Source of the DNA: Callorhinchus milii
Taxonomy: Eukaryota
NCBI RefSeq assembly: GCF_018977255.1
Contig: NW_024704743.1
Location: 45,138,001 to 45,202,000, forward strand
DNA: 64,000 nt
Reading direction: 5' to 3'
The position numbers were made by a program, and so were the translations under genes. Under the pieces are notes generated by a model, which did not search any database, was not told where the DNA came from, and saw only the letters and a list, made by a program, of their open reading frames with translations. How positions within the stretch are numbered: the first letter of the stretch is position 1; each line of letters opens with the position of its first letter. Below are positions 37,490 to 49,341 of the stretch, piece by piece.

Positions 37490-39052
37490 AACAACAACAA
37501 CAACAACAAGATTCCATTTATAAAGCGCCTTTCACGTCAGGAGGACGTCCCAAGGCGCTGCACAGTTGGGTCATGACCCGAGCAGGGGGGAAATGGTGAG
37601 GGGAGGGAAGGGAGGGAGCGAGGAGGGGGGAAATGGTCAGGGTGAGGGGAGGGAAGGGAGGGAGCTAGGAGGGGGGAAATGGTCAGGGTGAGGGGAGGGA
37701 AGGGAGGGAGCTAGGAGGGGGAAAATGGTCAGGGTGAGGGGAGGGAACGAGGAGGGGGAAGAGAGTCGAGAGGGGAGCTGAAGGCACGGTCAAAGAGAAA
37801 GGTCTTGAGACCGGCCTTGAAGGAGGAAAGGGAGGAGGCGGCGAAGGCACTGGGGGATGGAGTTCCAGAGCCTCGGGGCTGAGAGGCTGAAGGCCCGACC
37901 ACCGATGGTAGGGCAGTTGGGGCAGGGGACGTGGAGCAGACCGGAGCCAGAGGAACGGAGGGTACGGGCAGGTAGGTAGGGGGATAGTAGGTCGGAGAGG
38001 TAGGAGGGAGCGAGGCCGTGAATGGCCTTGTAGGTGAGGATGAGGATCTTGAATTCGATCCTCTGGGGGATGGGGAGCCAGTGGAGGCGAGCGAGGGTGG
38101 GAGTGATGTGGTCCCGAAGCCTGGTGCGGGACAGTACACGAGCTGCAGAGTTCTGAATGACCTGCAGCTTGTGGAGGGAGGTGGCGGGAAGGCCGGCGAG
38201 GAGAGAGTTCCCGTAGTCCAGCCTTGAGGTGACAAGTTAACTCCATGTCTGCGGATGATGTCACCGAGGGGGAGCATATAGAGGGTGAAGAGGAGGGGAC
38301 CGAGGACAGAGCCCTGAGGGACACCACATGAGACAGTGCGGGGGGTGGAGGAGAAACCATTCGTCGAGACAAAGTGAAGACGGTGAGAAAGGTACGACCT
38401 AAACCATTCAAGGACAGTGCCTTGAAGGTTGAGGTGGGAGGACAAGCGGTGGAGTAGGATAGCGTGGTCAACCGTATCGAACGCTGCTGATAGGTTGAGG
38501 AGGACGAGGATACAGAGGGAGCCCTGGTCACAGATGGTCAGGATATCATTGGTGACCTTGACCAGGGCAGTTTCTGTGCTATGGGCAGCACGGAAACCAG
38601 ACTGAAGGGGTTCGAAAAGTGAATGGGTGGAAAGGAAAGAGCGCAGTTGGGAGGCGACAACTCTTTCCAAGACCTTGGAGAGAAAGGGGAGGTTGGAGAT
38701 GGGCCGGTAGCTTGATAGCTGCGACGCATCAAGGGAGGGTTTTTTCAGGGTGGGCGTGATGATGGCAGTTTTTAATGGAATGGGGACAGAGCCAGAGGAG
38801 AGGGACAGGTTGATGATGTCAGTGATATGTGGGGCAAGAAAGTGGAGCTGGGAGATAAGGAGTGGAGTGGGGATGGGGTCAAGGGAGCAGGTGGTTGGTT
38901 TTAGGGATAGGATGAGTTCAGTGACAGAGGGTGGGGAAACGGGTACGAAGGTGTGTAGGGCAGGATGGGTAGGAGTCGGAGTGTGGGAGGGAAGGGGTGG
39001 GTGGTGGGTGGAAGTTGGAGGGGAAGTGACCGCGGAGCGGATTCCCTTGATC
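37490..39052 (-). mobile_element. L2-clade LINE, 5'-truncated, with an internal deletion removing YADD
   Basis: ORF carries [20 protein letters not shown] and GVPQGS, then jumps at ~38235 to post-RT sequence. Same tail as other L2 copies. Confidence 0.92.
37584..37755. repeat. 46-bp G-rich minisatellite, about 3.5 copies, in the L2 3'UTR
   Basis: Unit AGGAGGGGGGAAATGGTCAGGGTGAGGGGAGGGAAGGGAGGGAGCT, starting at 37621 and again at 37667. Confidence 0.9.
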
Positions 39053-39655
39053 AAGGTTGCCTTGACTATTTAATAAAAGATGGACAATTCTTACTGAAAA
39101 ATTTCCAATAATGAAAAACATTACATATTACAGTAAATTATCCACATTTTAAATCATCCATCTTTCTTTAGTTGAATGTCAGTAAAGATGCATGGAGTCT
39201 TCTGCCCACAGTGGATCAAATTCAAGGTCCTTGTTCTCATGTTCAAAATCCTTCCATTCTACCCGTCCTCTGTGACCTCCTACAACCCAACTGACCCCTC
39301 TGCTTAGCAAACCACCCATCAGTGGTGGGTGAGCATTTAGCCATTCTAGCCACTCTCTCTTGAACTCCATCCATCCACCTTGCCCCTCTCTCCCCACCTT
39401 TAAAGCATCCCCTTAAGATCTCTAATTTCAACTGCCCTTTTGATCAGCTTTCACCTTGCCCCCTGCTCAGGTGCCCGATCAGCCAGCTGAAGTGCTTTGA
39501 GACATCGTCCAGAAATGAAAGGCACTAAATAAATATAAATTGTTGTCATATTAAGTCGAACTGGAAACTGGATAATGGGGAAATAAATCAAAGACAAAAT
39601 TTAACAATGTACCTTAAATCTAGTTTAAACACGTCTTATGATGTATTTTACTTGC

Positions 39656-39856
39656 CTTCTTAATCTTCTTAATCATTTTTCTGGTGGCATCAGCCTTCAT
39701 AGCAAGGGTGACCAGGGGTTCGATTCTCCTGCCATGAACTGAAGGCAGAGTCTCGGCAAGTTGCATCTTCTTAATTTTTGGTTTACCAACCTTGCCCTTA
39801 ACTGCCTTGCTGCCTAGCCCTGCTAAAGCATCATCTCTTTCTTGGGCTTCCACACG
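39656..39856 (-). CDS. TOP2B: TOP2B exon ~28, RVEAQERDD...MKADATRKMIKKIKK, ending at a GC donor
   Basis: cag| acceptor and AAG|gcaagt donor, 201 nt. Phase 0 is required by the next exon. Confidence 0.87.
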
Positions 39857-40660
39857 CTGCATTGAAGTAGAAAATACAAGTCAGTTTAAAAAAGGAAATG
39901 AATGATGTCCCTAAAAGAAGTTCTTTGTTTGAACCCTCTTAGTTATTCAGGTTGATTATTTCCACTAAAATCTCAGTTAAAATAAATTGCAACATTTATC
40001 TAAGAAGTAATAAGAGCAATACAACTTGAGGGAATAATTATTGTTTAAAGTCATTGGATTATTACATTTGCATTCAAGAGTGAATAACCATCTAGTGTTG
40101 CGCAGCATTATGCACTTTGGGATATCCTCCCGATCGGAAAGGCAGATGTAATTTTTATTTTACCGCCTCCAAAATTTGCTGTTGACGACCAACTCAGTCA
40201 CTTTTTACCGCAGAGCCCAGCATTTTGCTTGTTTTCTAGACACTAATGAGAAAGGATATAGGTCTGTAGGAAACACACAAGATTGGGTTGCTGTTCAAGT
40301 TGGATTTAAGTGTCGCTGTGGCAGCTTTAAAGTAAGTGCTTTTAATAGTTGCTATAATTACATTAATGGCCTATTTTCACCCGCTATTTGTTTGTGATGT
40401 AGGATCTGTAAATAATTTGGCAATATTCAGCAATATCAGTAAAATATTTACTGAACATTTTGGTTGTGATTTACCTTAATCTACATTTATAAAAAAATTC
40501 ATAGTAAAACTGAGAATATTGTTGAATATTGCCAAATTATTTACAGCTCCTACAGTCAAAAGTTTAAATCTATTCGACCAACAATTAGAATTCCTGCAGC
40601 AACATATGAAATGCTTGAAATTTTACTAAAACATATTTAAGAACTTTGATATATTTAAAA

Positions 40661-42031
40661 CATTGTGCTCAGTTCTGCGCACCAGTTTAGGAAGGAAGTC
40701 AAGCCAATGGAGAGGGTACAAAAGAGATTTACCAGGATGGTACCAGGAATGAGGGACTTCAGTTATCAGGAGAGGCTAGAGAAGATGGGATTATTTTCCT
40801 TGAATAAGAAAAATAATCCTTGCATTTGATATAGCGCTTTTCACGTCGGGAGGACGTCCCAAAGTGCTTCACAGAATATATTGTAAAGTGAATTGACTGT
40901 ATATTTGTGGGCGAACGCGGCAGCCAATTGCGCACAGCAATGTCCCACAGACAGTCGTGGATTGAAAATGATCGATTTATTATTGTTTTTGGTTTTGGAG
41001 GGATTATTATTAGGCTCTGTGTGGAGTAAGGAAACTTGCCCAAGGTTTCGCCCTCTGCCTGGAATTGAACTCAGGTCTCTCACTTGCAAAGCGAGTGCTC
41101 TAACCACTGAGCTACAGGACTCCATAAATTGGGATCCTTGTAGTCTGTGTGGCTTACTTTCACATTTGTTCCATTCACAATCGGCAGGAGTGCAATAAAC
41201 ATTACAGTTCTGAATCAGTCAGCCAGCACCTTTCTAAAGTGGGGAAAAGTGATGAATACTAGTCTGTTTGCATTGCTCATTTACACCAGCTCTAAAACCA
41301 TCAAGTACTTAAGCTTAAAATCAACAACAACAACAAGATTCCATTTATAAAGCGCCTTTCACGTCAGGAGGACGTCCCATCAATAAAATCAATACATGTA
41401 TAAATTTTGAAACAAAATCTCCATTACTTCAACTATCCTGAAAGCTTTTACAGTTTTAAGGCTGCTAAGTGACCAGTCTTTGCATGCAAGCCCGGAATCA
41501 AATGCTAACAAACTATATGAAGTTGGGCGCATCAATCGAGTTTAATCCTTCCGTCACCTCAGTATATTCACTTTTTATAGAGGTCACAAGGAAAGGGATC
41601 AGGAGCAGGATCCCTGACTGACTTTTCCCTCCCTAACCTTAAGGAAGCAAGAAGGTTAAGAGGAGACTTAATAGAAGTTTTCAAAATTATGAGGGGATTC
41701 GATAGGGTGAAAAGGAGAAACTATTTCCACTGGCAGGTGTGTCGGTAACCCGAGGACACCGATTTAAAATAGTTGTTAAAAGAAACAGAGGTGAGGAGAA
41801 ATTTTTTCACACAGCGTGTTGTTCAGATCTGGAATGTATTACCTGAAAGGGTGGTGGAAGCCAATTCGATAACAACTTTTAGGAGAGAAGTAGATAATTA
41901 TTTGGGGAGGACAAGTTTACAGGATTATGGGGAGAGAGTGGGGGAGTGGGATTGAATTGGATAGCTCTTTTCGAAGAGCCGACACAGACACGATGGGCTG
42001 AATGGCCTCCTTCTGTGCTGTAAAATTTTAT
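40661..42031 (+). mobile_element. CR1 3' region split in two (~40661-40810 and ~41637-42031)
   Basis: ERVQKRFTRMVPGM in the first part. RRLRGDLIEVFKIM, RRNFFTQRVV and a GGGCTGAATGGCCTCCTTCTGTG 3' end in the second. Confidence 0.8.
40811..41124 (-). mobile_element. SINE family B, short variant
   Basis: Head and tail as in 13588-13904. Confidence 0.9.
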
Positions 42032-42292
42032 GCTTATCACCTCAGTTTTACAACTCAAATTCAACAACATTGCATCTTATAGCTGTGACAAACTGTTGTA
42101 CAGCTTCTTCAGATTGAATTCATCAGATTATTTCTCCCAGACCTAATGTTTCCAATTTTGGTACAGATGCTATAACAAGCACACTACTATCTCTGAAGAC
42201 TCCAATAGTGGGTTTATTTTACCAGTGCCTTTAATTAGAGCAGTACTCCAACTTTAATATAACACTGCCACCAAACCTGTGCTAGTATTTTA

Positions 42293-42642
42293 ATAGTAAT
42301 AATCTTTGCATTTGATATAGTGCCCTATCATGTCGTTGAGAAGTCTCAAAAGTGCTTCACAGAATATATTATAAAGTGGATTGACTGTATATTTTGTGGG
42401 TGAAACGCAGCAGACAATTGCGCACAGCAATATCCCACAAAATTTGATCGAGTGACCAAATTATTTATGTTTTAAGGGATTATTACCCTGGAAAGCGTTC
42501 GCCAATCAACTAACAACCGGGTTCCTATTTAATGCTAGGTAAAGAGTAAGGAAACTTGTCAAGAGGTTTCATCCCACCCGGGAATCAAACCCGGATCCTC
42601 TCATTTGCGCGGCAAATGTTCTAACCATTGTGCTAGGGGACA
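42293..42642 (-). mobile_element. SINE family B, long variant (diverged)
   Basis: Contains the GCCAATC.ACTAACAACC.GGTTCCTA segment. Confidence 0.8.
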
Positions 42643-43535
42643 CCTTAATTTTTTTCTGACTCCTCATGGCTCAAGTAGCTCAGCCTGCCTACAAAGGTCA
42701 GCATGCAGAATATAATATATGCACCTTAGTTTATTAAAGAAAGCGGAGGAGAGAAAAAATTAGCTACAATTTAAAATAGCACATCCTTGACCAGGAATGT
42801 CTCCATCTACCTCCGCCAGCTTTCACCCCCATTCATACTTTCATAATCTCCTGCCTCGATTTTTTAAATCAATTCCTCGCCTGTCTCCCCAGCTCCACTA
42901 TAAACAAGGTCCAAATTAATCCAAAACTCTGCTATCCCCTCTTCACTGGTACCAGACTCCTCACCCCATCACCCGAGTTCTTAAGAAAATAAGAAATTCT
43001 GGACGAGAAAAGACCAAGGTCCATCTAGTTCGCCTTCCACTTTCCTGGCAGTCGCTTGCACATATGTCTGGCCAGGCACCATTGACTCCTTGTTACAGAA
43101 CGGATTGATTTCAAGATCCTCACTCACTTTCAAATCAGTTCACATACTGTTACTACCCTACCTTTCTGATTTTCGCACATCCTAATCCACTCCACTAAAT
43201 GCCACCTTCACTCAGCTGGCTCGGATCTAATGCGCAATTCTCATCCCTTTGCTCTACCACTGGTGTCGCGCTCTCAGCCACTATGCTCCGAATCTCTTGA
43301 ACTCCCTGCCTCAATCCCTCTTCGTATTCTTCAAATCACCTGAAGACTTCACTTCACCTCCCCCTTTTCCAGCCTGGCATCAAATCACACCACTGCTGAT
43401 TGTTCCAAGATGCTACCCGCATAAAGGATGCTATACAAATGTATGTTGCTGTTGTTAAAAACCAAGTACACATTCAAAATCCATTAAAATAAAGTATTCA
43501 GATGGATAGTTATTCTGTGGTTCGGTTAAACTTAC

Positions 43536-43619
43536 ATCAAGCTCTTCAACAAAGGCCGCTAAATCATCTTTCCACAATTCAGTAGCACTTTTCCTCTTCA
43601 GATTGTCAAGCTCCTTTCC
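43536..43619 (-). CDS. TOP2B: TOP2B exon ~27, GKELDNLKRKSATELWKDDLAAFVEELD
   Basis: tag| and |gtaag, 84 nt. Confidence 0.93.
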
Positions 43620-43712
43620 CTAAAACATTGTTTAAGACGTGGTTTAATGTCACAGCAATTAATGATAAAGATCTTTTAATGTAAAACAAAAGTGGATTAG
43701 CCAGTGCATTAC

Positions 43713-43865
43713 TTTTGAATCTTTCTGTTTCAAAAGTTCATCTACTTTCTCCTTTGAAAGGCACCAGAGAGGCATGTTCATGATGTAGTTGAAATCTGGT
43801 CCAGTGCCAGCAATTGATAGACTTGAATTATCATCTAGTTCCAATGCATCCTCTTCTGTTGCTGA
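43713..43865 (-). CDS. TOP2B: TOP2B exon ~26, SATEEDA...PDFNYIMNMPLWCLSKEKVDELLKQKDSK
   Basis: cag| and |gtaat, 153 nt. C-gate dimer interface region. Confidence 0.93.
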
Positions 43866-44873
43866 CTGTAAAAACAATTAGTTGTAAACAACTGACAAGG
43901 TCAAATAACACATTTTCATTACTTGTATTTATATGTAATACAAAATCACAGTACTGTGTAGGTTAGATCGTTAAGGCATTGTTCTAGGGCTCGGTCTAAT
44001 AACCTCAGCTTGGAATCTATGTATGAAAAAATAATACTAATTTAAACAAAATCAAAATCTAAACGATTTCTAAAAAATGCCATTTTGGATTTCTAAAAAA
44101 TGTCATTTTGGCTTCTATGTTTGTGTGATTTCATGACCTAGTTGCACAATCAAACCCAAACATCACTGGTGGGCAAATGGGAGCCAAGGACTAGCAAAGA
44201 AATGCCACATTTTGGTTGTGATTTTATTTTAAAAATAAATATAACTGAAAGAAAGTAAGCAACTCCAAATTAGTCTAATCTTACAACATTTTAAAATTTT
44301 CCTCAAGTCCCACCATCCATTCTGGATGTGGGATTCACATTGGAAATATTGCTGGTTGAATCACTAAAACTGATCTCAAAACGTTTTATTGATCAATTCA
44401 ATAGCAGATACTATAAATTATGTAAGAAGCCATCAAGCTAATTTTCAGTACATTTTAGAGTGTTAAACAGAGACCTGTTCTGCAGGATCAATTTGTCCAC
44501 AGTACCAGCTGCCCTATTATTTCAGATGAGATAACTCATCTACAGAACAGAAAGGGTTAATCTATTTTTATTTATTGTTTTTATTTATGTGTTCAATGAA
44601 AAGAGGCACTGAAGAGAGCAGGGGAAACCCAGAGAGCAAATGTGAGAGAAAGCCATAAATGCCAAATCTTTTTTTAAATAACATGACTGTAAAGTATATA
44701 TTATATATAATACACACTTATTTTCTGTTATTACTTATTATAAGTTATTATCACTTATTATAAGTTCCTTATAATCACAAACCACAAACCCTCTAAAGTG
44801 TACCTGCACCTTCGATTTGGGTAAATACATTCAAAGTAATAATCAGCAGATTTTTCATGATATTGCATTCTAC

Positions 44874-44965
44874 CTTCTCATGTGCATCTTTCCAGGCTTT
44901 GACTGGATCAGATTCATAACCTCGCTGAACAAGCATCTGACAAAGATCCTTCTTGGATTTATTTT
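44874..44965 (-). CDS. TOP2B: TOP2B exon ~25, ENKSKKDL...YESDPVKAWKDAHEK
   Basis: tag| and |gtaga, 92 nt, phase 1-0. Confidence 0.93.
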
Positions 44966-45226
44966 CTAAACAGGAATTTAAAAAGGTTCGAGTTTCAGTA
45001 AGGCAAATTATACATATATCATGAGCAATTTAAATTATTATAAATGACAAATTGCTCAACATTGCGCCATTGTTAATGAGAAAGAGTCACAGAATAATGT
45101 TGTCATGCGACATGTTTACGAACAGAATGTTAAGATTCGTCTCTCCTGCAAAAAAAATGAAGCTTATATTTAGAATTTTCAAATATTAAGATAATATTCT
45201 ATAGCGCAACTAACCTCCATGGAGGG

Positions 45227-46135
45227 GGAGATAAGCAGAGTCTGCTTGCAGCTGAACTGGCTCCAAGGTGACATGTTTGGCAATGGAATGACTGAATTTA
45301 GCCCACCCTATGTGGCGCTTTGTTGATTGCAGCCCAGCTAGCCTTCCCACTTAGCTCCCATTGGCCCTGCAAGCTAAAGCTCTAATGGTAGGGTGGTCCG
45401 AGCTGGACAGGCAGTAGGAAAGCTTGTCAGGTAGTGTTCTCAATGGCAAGCTACATAGGTTTAGCTAGTTAGACTCCAGCAGTAATGGAGTCCTGCAGTT
45501 TAGTGGTTGGAGCACTCGCCTCACAAGCGAGAGACCTGGGTTTGATTCCCAGCAGGGCGAAACGTTGGGCAAGTTTCCTTACTCCACATGCCTGTTTATC
45601 TAGCAGTAAGTAGGAACCCGGCTGTTAGTCGATTGGCGGATCGCTTTTCTGGGGGTAATAATTCCTTCAAAATAAATAAATATAATTTGTTCACTTAATC
45701 CACGACCGTTTCTGGGACACTACTGTGCGCAATTGGCTGCCATGTTTTATCTACAATTATACAGTCAATTCACTTTACAGTATATTTCTGTGAAGTGTTT
45801 TGAGATGTCTCGAAGACGTGATAAGGCGCTATATCAAATGCAAGGATTATTATGAAACAAAAACAGAAGTCGCTGGGAACACTCAGCAGGCCAGGCAAGC
45901 ATTATTATTATTACCTCAACTCACATTCTGGGGTCCCCAAGCCTAGGCTCTTGCCAACCTGCACCAAAACTTTCTGGAATTAGGTAAGCAGGAAGCATCC
46001 CTCCAGGAAGAGAGTGTACATTCCATTCCAACTAACATCTATGGCATTTCCATGTATAGGTGGGATGCAAGGAACTTTGTTTGGTTTCGATAGTCTTAAG
46101 CATGGTGATGAGTTTCGAGACACTATGGCTGACCA
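45227..46135. repeat. Unclassified repeat X; other copies at ~20330-20690, ~62600-63180 and a fragment at ~21845-21975
   Basis: Shared blocks CTTG.AGCTGAACTG, GGGTGG.C..AG.TGGACA.GCAG..GGAAAGCTTG.CAG.CAGTG.TCTC.ATG and ATTTCCA.GT.TAGGT. Confidence 0.75.
45486..45853 (+). mobile_element. SINE family B, long variant, nested in repeat X
   Basis: Full head to (ATT)n tail; it interrupts repeat X. Confidence 0.9.
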
Positions 46136-46506
46136 AAAAAAAGGGAAGGCAAACTGAATAAGTTATTTTATACCAAGAATGGAGAAAATATGAAATCGCT
46201 AGAAGACAAGTTCTCCAGGAGCATCTGATTTATGGTTCGAATGGGGGGAGGGGGGAATTAAGAGGAAAGAAAATGGTAAAAAAAATGATCAAGGGTTACT
46301 TCCTTTAGTAATCATATGGACTTTAGTTAACTAAGTGATAACATGCATCCACTTTGAGCTGCACTATCCTCACCTGATTGAAGATATTAAAAGTGTGCCA
46401 TTTAAGTAACTTACTGAGCATAGTTGACAGATGAGTAGCACAGAATTTCTATCATGGAAATACAATTTTTTGTGCCATGACAATATTTTTATCCATCAAT
46501 TCTTAC

Positions 46507-46702
46507 CAATTGTAAGTTTTCCCTGTATTTTCTCTAGAATGAAGCGAGCTTGGTTGTTTAGTTTTGCAGACTCTGCTCCCAGCATTCCTGTCAGCCATTC
46601 TTTCCTCAGACTGTAATAATGTAATCGCAGATCAAAGAATTCCTTGAGAATGTCCTGTACCATCTCATACTTCTTCAAGCAGCCCATGTGATCAAATAGT
46701 AC
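46507..46702 (-). CDS. TOP2B: TOP2B exon ~24, VLFDHMGCLKKY...NQARFILEKIQGKLTI
   Basis: cag| and G|gtaag, 196 nt. Confidence 0.95.
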
Positions 46703-46787
46703 CTGTAATGTTTATAATGTTATGCCGCTGTGTGAAAACCTTTAAAGACATTGGCATTAAATTTTTATATAAAAAACGCCACTGTAC

Positions 46788-46988
46788 CATAGAGTTGCAA
46801 GTCAGAGTTGTTTGCAGCTTGAAGACTTTGTGTAAGCCTGCAGCTTCTGCTTGTGCAAGTTTCTCCTCGGACATTTTCACCACAAATTTGACAGTCGTAT
46901 CCGTATGATACTCTTTGTAGTCATTTATCAAAACTGGTGTCTTTTCTGTCCCGTTTAACATAGGCTCTAGAACTTGTTCTTTGTATAC
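46788..46988 (-). CDS. TOP2B: TOP2B exon ~23, VYKEQVLEPMLNG...KLQTTLTCNSM
   Basis: aag| and |gtacag, 201 nt. Confidence 0.95.
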
Positions 46989-47942
46989 CTTTAAAGCAAA
47001 AGAAAATTATATTGCATTTCGTACTTAACAGATCCTCATATGACATAGCATAAACAATTTTCAATAACCATTGGTATTCTAAAAATATGAATAAAATAAA
47101 TCTCATATTCTTGCTACATAACTCATTTGTAATCTACCTTTTATAAAAAAAATCAAATTCTATGACTAATTACTATGGTCACCAGCAAAACATCAGGAAA
47201 AATGTTTGTCAATCCCTTATGATAATTCTCTTTGAATAAAATTGGTAGGTCACTGGAACCACATGGCCCATTAGCTACTATGCCCCTATCCTCTGGAACT
47301 TCTGCCTCAATCCCTCCACCTCGCCCTATTTTCATCTTTAATCCTAATTGAAAACCTACTTCTTTGACCATGCCAATGGTCATCTCCCTCTAACCTTTCT
47401 CCTGCTCGTCATCCAACCTGTACTGTGCTCTGAGACATTATCTAATGTGAAGTGTGCTATGTAAATCTAAATTGTTGGTAATGACTAATGGTTATAATAA
47501 AAATCCTTGTATTTGATATAGCATCTGATCACACCAAAAAAACAAAACACTTCACAAGATTTTGTCATGAAGCAACTATATTTGCACACAGCAGTGTTGC
47601 ACAAACAACGAGGAGGTGAATTTTTTTAAAATCTGAATGATTGTTGGCCTCTTCACTTTTTGAATAATGGCATGGGATCTTTAACAACTACTTGAACAGG
47701 CAGATTATCCAAACATCTCATTCAAAAGACATCACATTGATAATGCAACACTCCCCTAGTGCCGCACTTGGCTATGAGTCTATATTTTTGAAATATTAAA
47801 TATGGTACAAGTAGTGTATTTCCATACTCTCTAATAAAATACGATGGTGCATGTAGTCTGACTTGTCTAGCATGAATCCAATAATAACATAGGTCTTTAT
47901 TACCACATTTGAAAAACACTTCAAAATCGCAGGTGCTTTTAC

Positions 47943-48077
47943 CTGTGTCCAAGTCCTTACTGGAAGCTCTGTAATTTCTATGGTATTCCGATCCAAAACT
48001 AAGATCTCACCACTAACAATATACTGGTTTTGGCCAATTTCGTGAATTGTTCCCTTGAAGTTCTTGTAGCTTGGAAG
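47943..48077 (-). CDS. TOP2B: TOP2B exon ~22, LPSYKNFKGTI...EITELPVRTWTQ
   Basis: cag| and |gtaaa, 135 nt. Confidence 0.95.
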
Positions 48078-49109
48078 CTGTGAGAATCAAAACAGGACAG
48101 TGAGACTATTTGAGAAATTATTAAAATCTAATAATAATAATCCTTGCATTTGATATAATGGCTTATCACGTCAATTGAGCCATCTCAAAGTGCTTTACTT
48201 TATATTGTAAAGTGAACTGAACAAAATGTGGCAGCCAATTGCATACAGCAGTGGTCCACAAAACAGCTAATAATAGAGCTGGTTATCTTTCTTCACAATC
48301 ATACTGTGGCCAGTTACAGAAAGCCATTTCAATTCAAAATCAGCATCCAAAAATACATTTAAAAATTACTAGGATTTATATGCCCACCAATACTACGGTC
48401 ACAATGAAATGCATCATATTATCTTTTGTAACATTTACAGCCATTTTTAAGAATATGAACTAACAGCCCCTAAAATCCTAATAATTGTGCCACTGCAAAA
48501 TTTAAATAAATAATTTCATAACAATTTATTATACCTGCAAAACAGTTACTCAAAGATGGCAGAATAACTGCTGAGCTTTCAATTACAGGGGATGAACACC
48601 AACATCTAATTTAAGATAGTACTGACTGGGAGTTTTCCAATTTAAGATCATGAGAATTTAGTTAGTTTACCAAACCTCTGCTGATCATGTTGAGAATATC
48701 GTACATTTCCTTTAGTCATTTGAAAAACGTTTCTGAACTGACATCGCTAACAAGCAGAAAATTCCAACTTATAAATGACATTTTACATATGTACAAACAC
48801 TCAGCATCGTAGAATGTTTGCAACACAGAAAGAGTACATCATATGTCTGTGCTTGTTCTACCCATGTCTGTGGTAGTTGTCGCAACTCCATTTGAGCTAT
48901 CAATACTAATTTTATTACCCAAATCTTTTCCTAGACCCTTAAATATTTTTAAGCTAGAATTCATTTAGCTGCCTTCTAAATTTGGTTGTGGAATCAGCTT
49001 CAACTGCCATTTATGGGTAAGTCATTCCATAGTCTAACTAAAAGTAATTTTAACAGGGAATGAAAAAACAAGTTTTAAATAACCGCACTATACATTCTAC
49101 ATAACTTAC

Positions 49110-49341
49110 CATAGGAAGAGGATCCAGATTGTCCAACATCCGCCTGACATTGTTCACTATTTCTCTGGTATCATAATTAGGAATTCTACATGCCCATCCT
49201 GTACCAATACCTTCAGCTCCGTTAATGAGGGCCATGGGAATTATGGGACAGTACCACTCTGGCTCTACTCTCTGGTTATCATCATAAAGGAACTTCAGTA
49301 AATTGTCATCAACTTGAGGAATGAGTAAACGTGCCAGTGGA
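49110..49341 (-). CDS. TOP2B: TOP2B exon ~21, PLARLL...EPEWY...NGAEGIGTGWAC...LDPLPM
   Basis: tag| and |gtaag, 232 nt, phase 2-0. Confidence 0.95.

Noticed and set aside
37584..37755. CRISPR-like array
   Set aside because: Tandem repeat without unique spacers, in vertebrate DNA.
37683..39054. 441-aa and 282-aa ORFs as host genes or an active RT
   Set aside because: Truncated L2 ORF2 lacking endonuclease and YADD, plus an alternative frame of the same sequence.
41035..41124. tRNA-Ala-like gene (also at ~13830-13904, ~31470-31543 and ~45486-45560)
   Set aside because: These are SINE heads continuous with the SINE body and tail.
44065..44117. 23-bp tandem duplication
   Set aside because: Ordinary slippage duplication with no sign of function.
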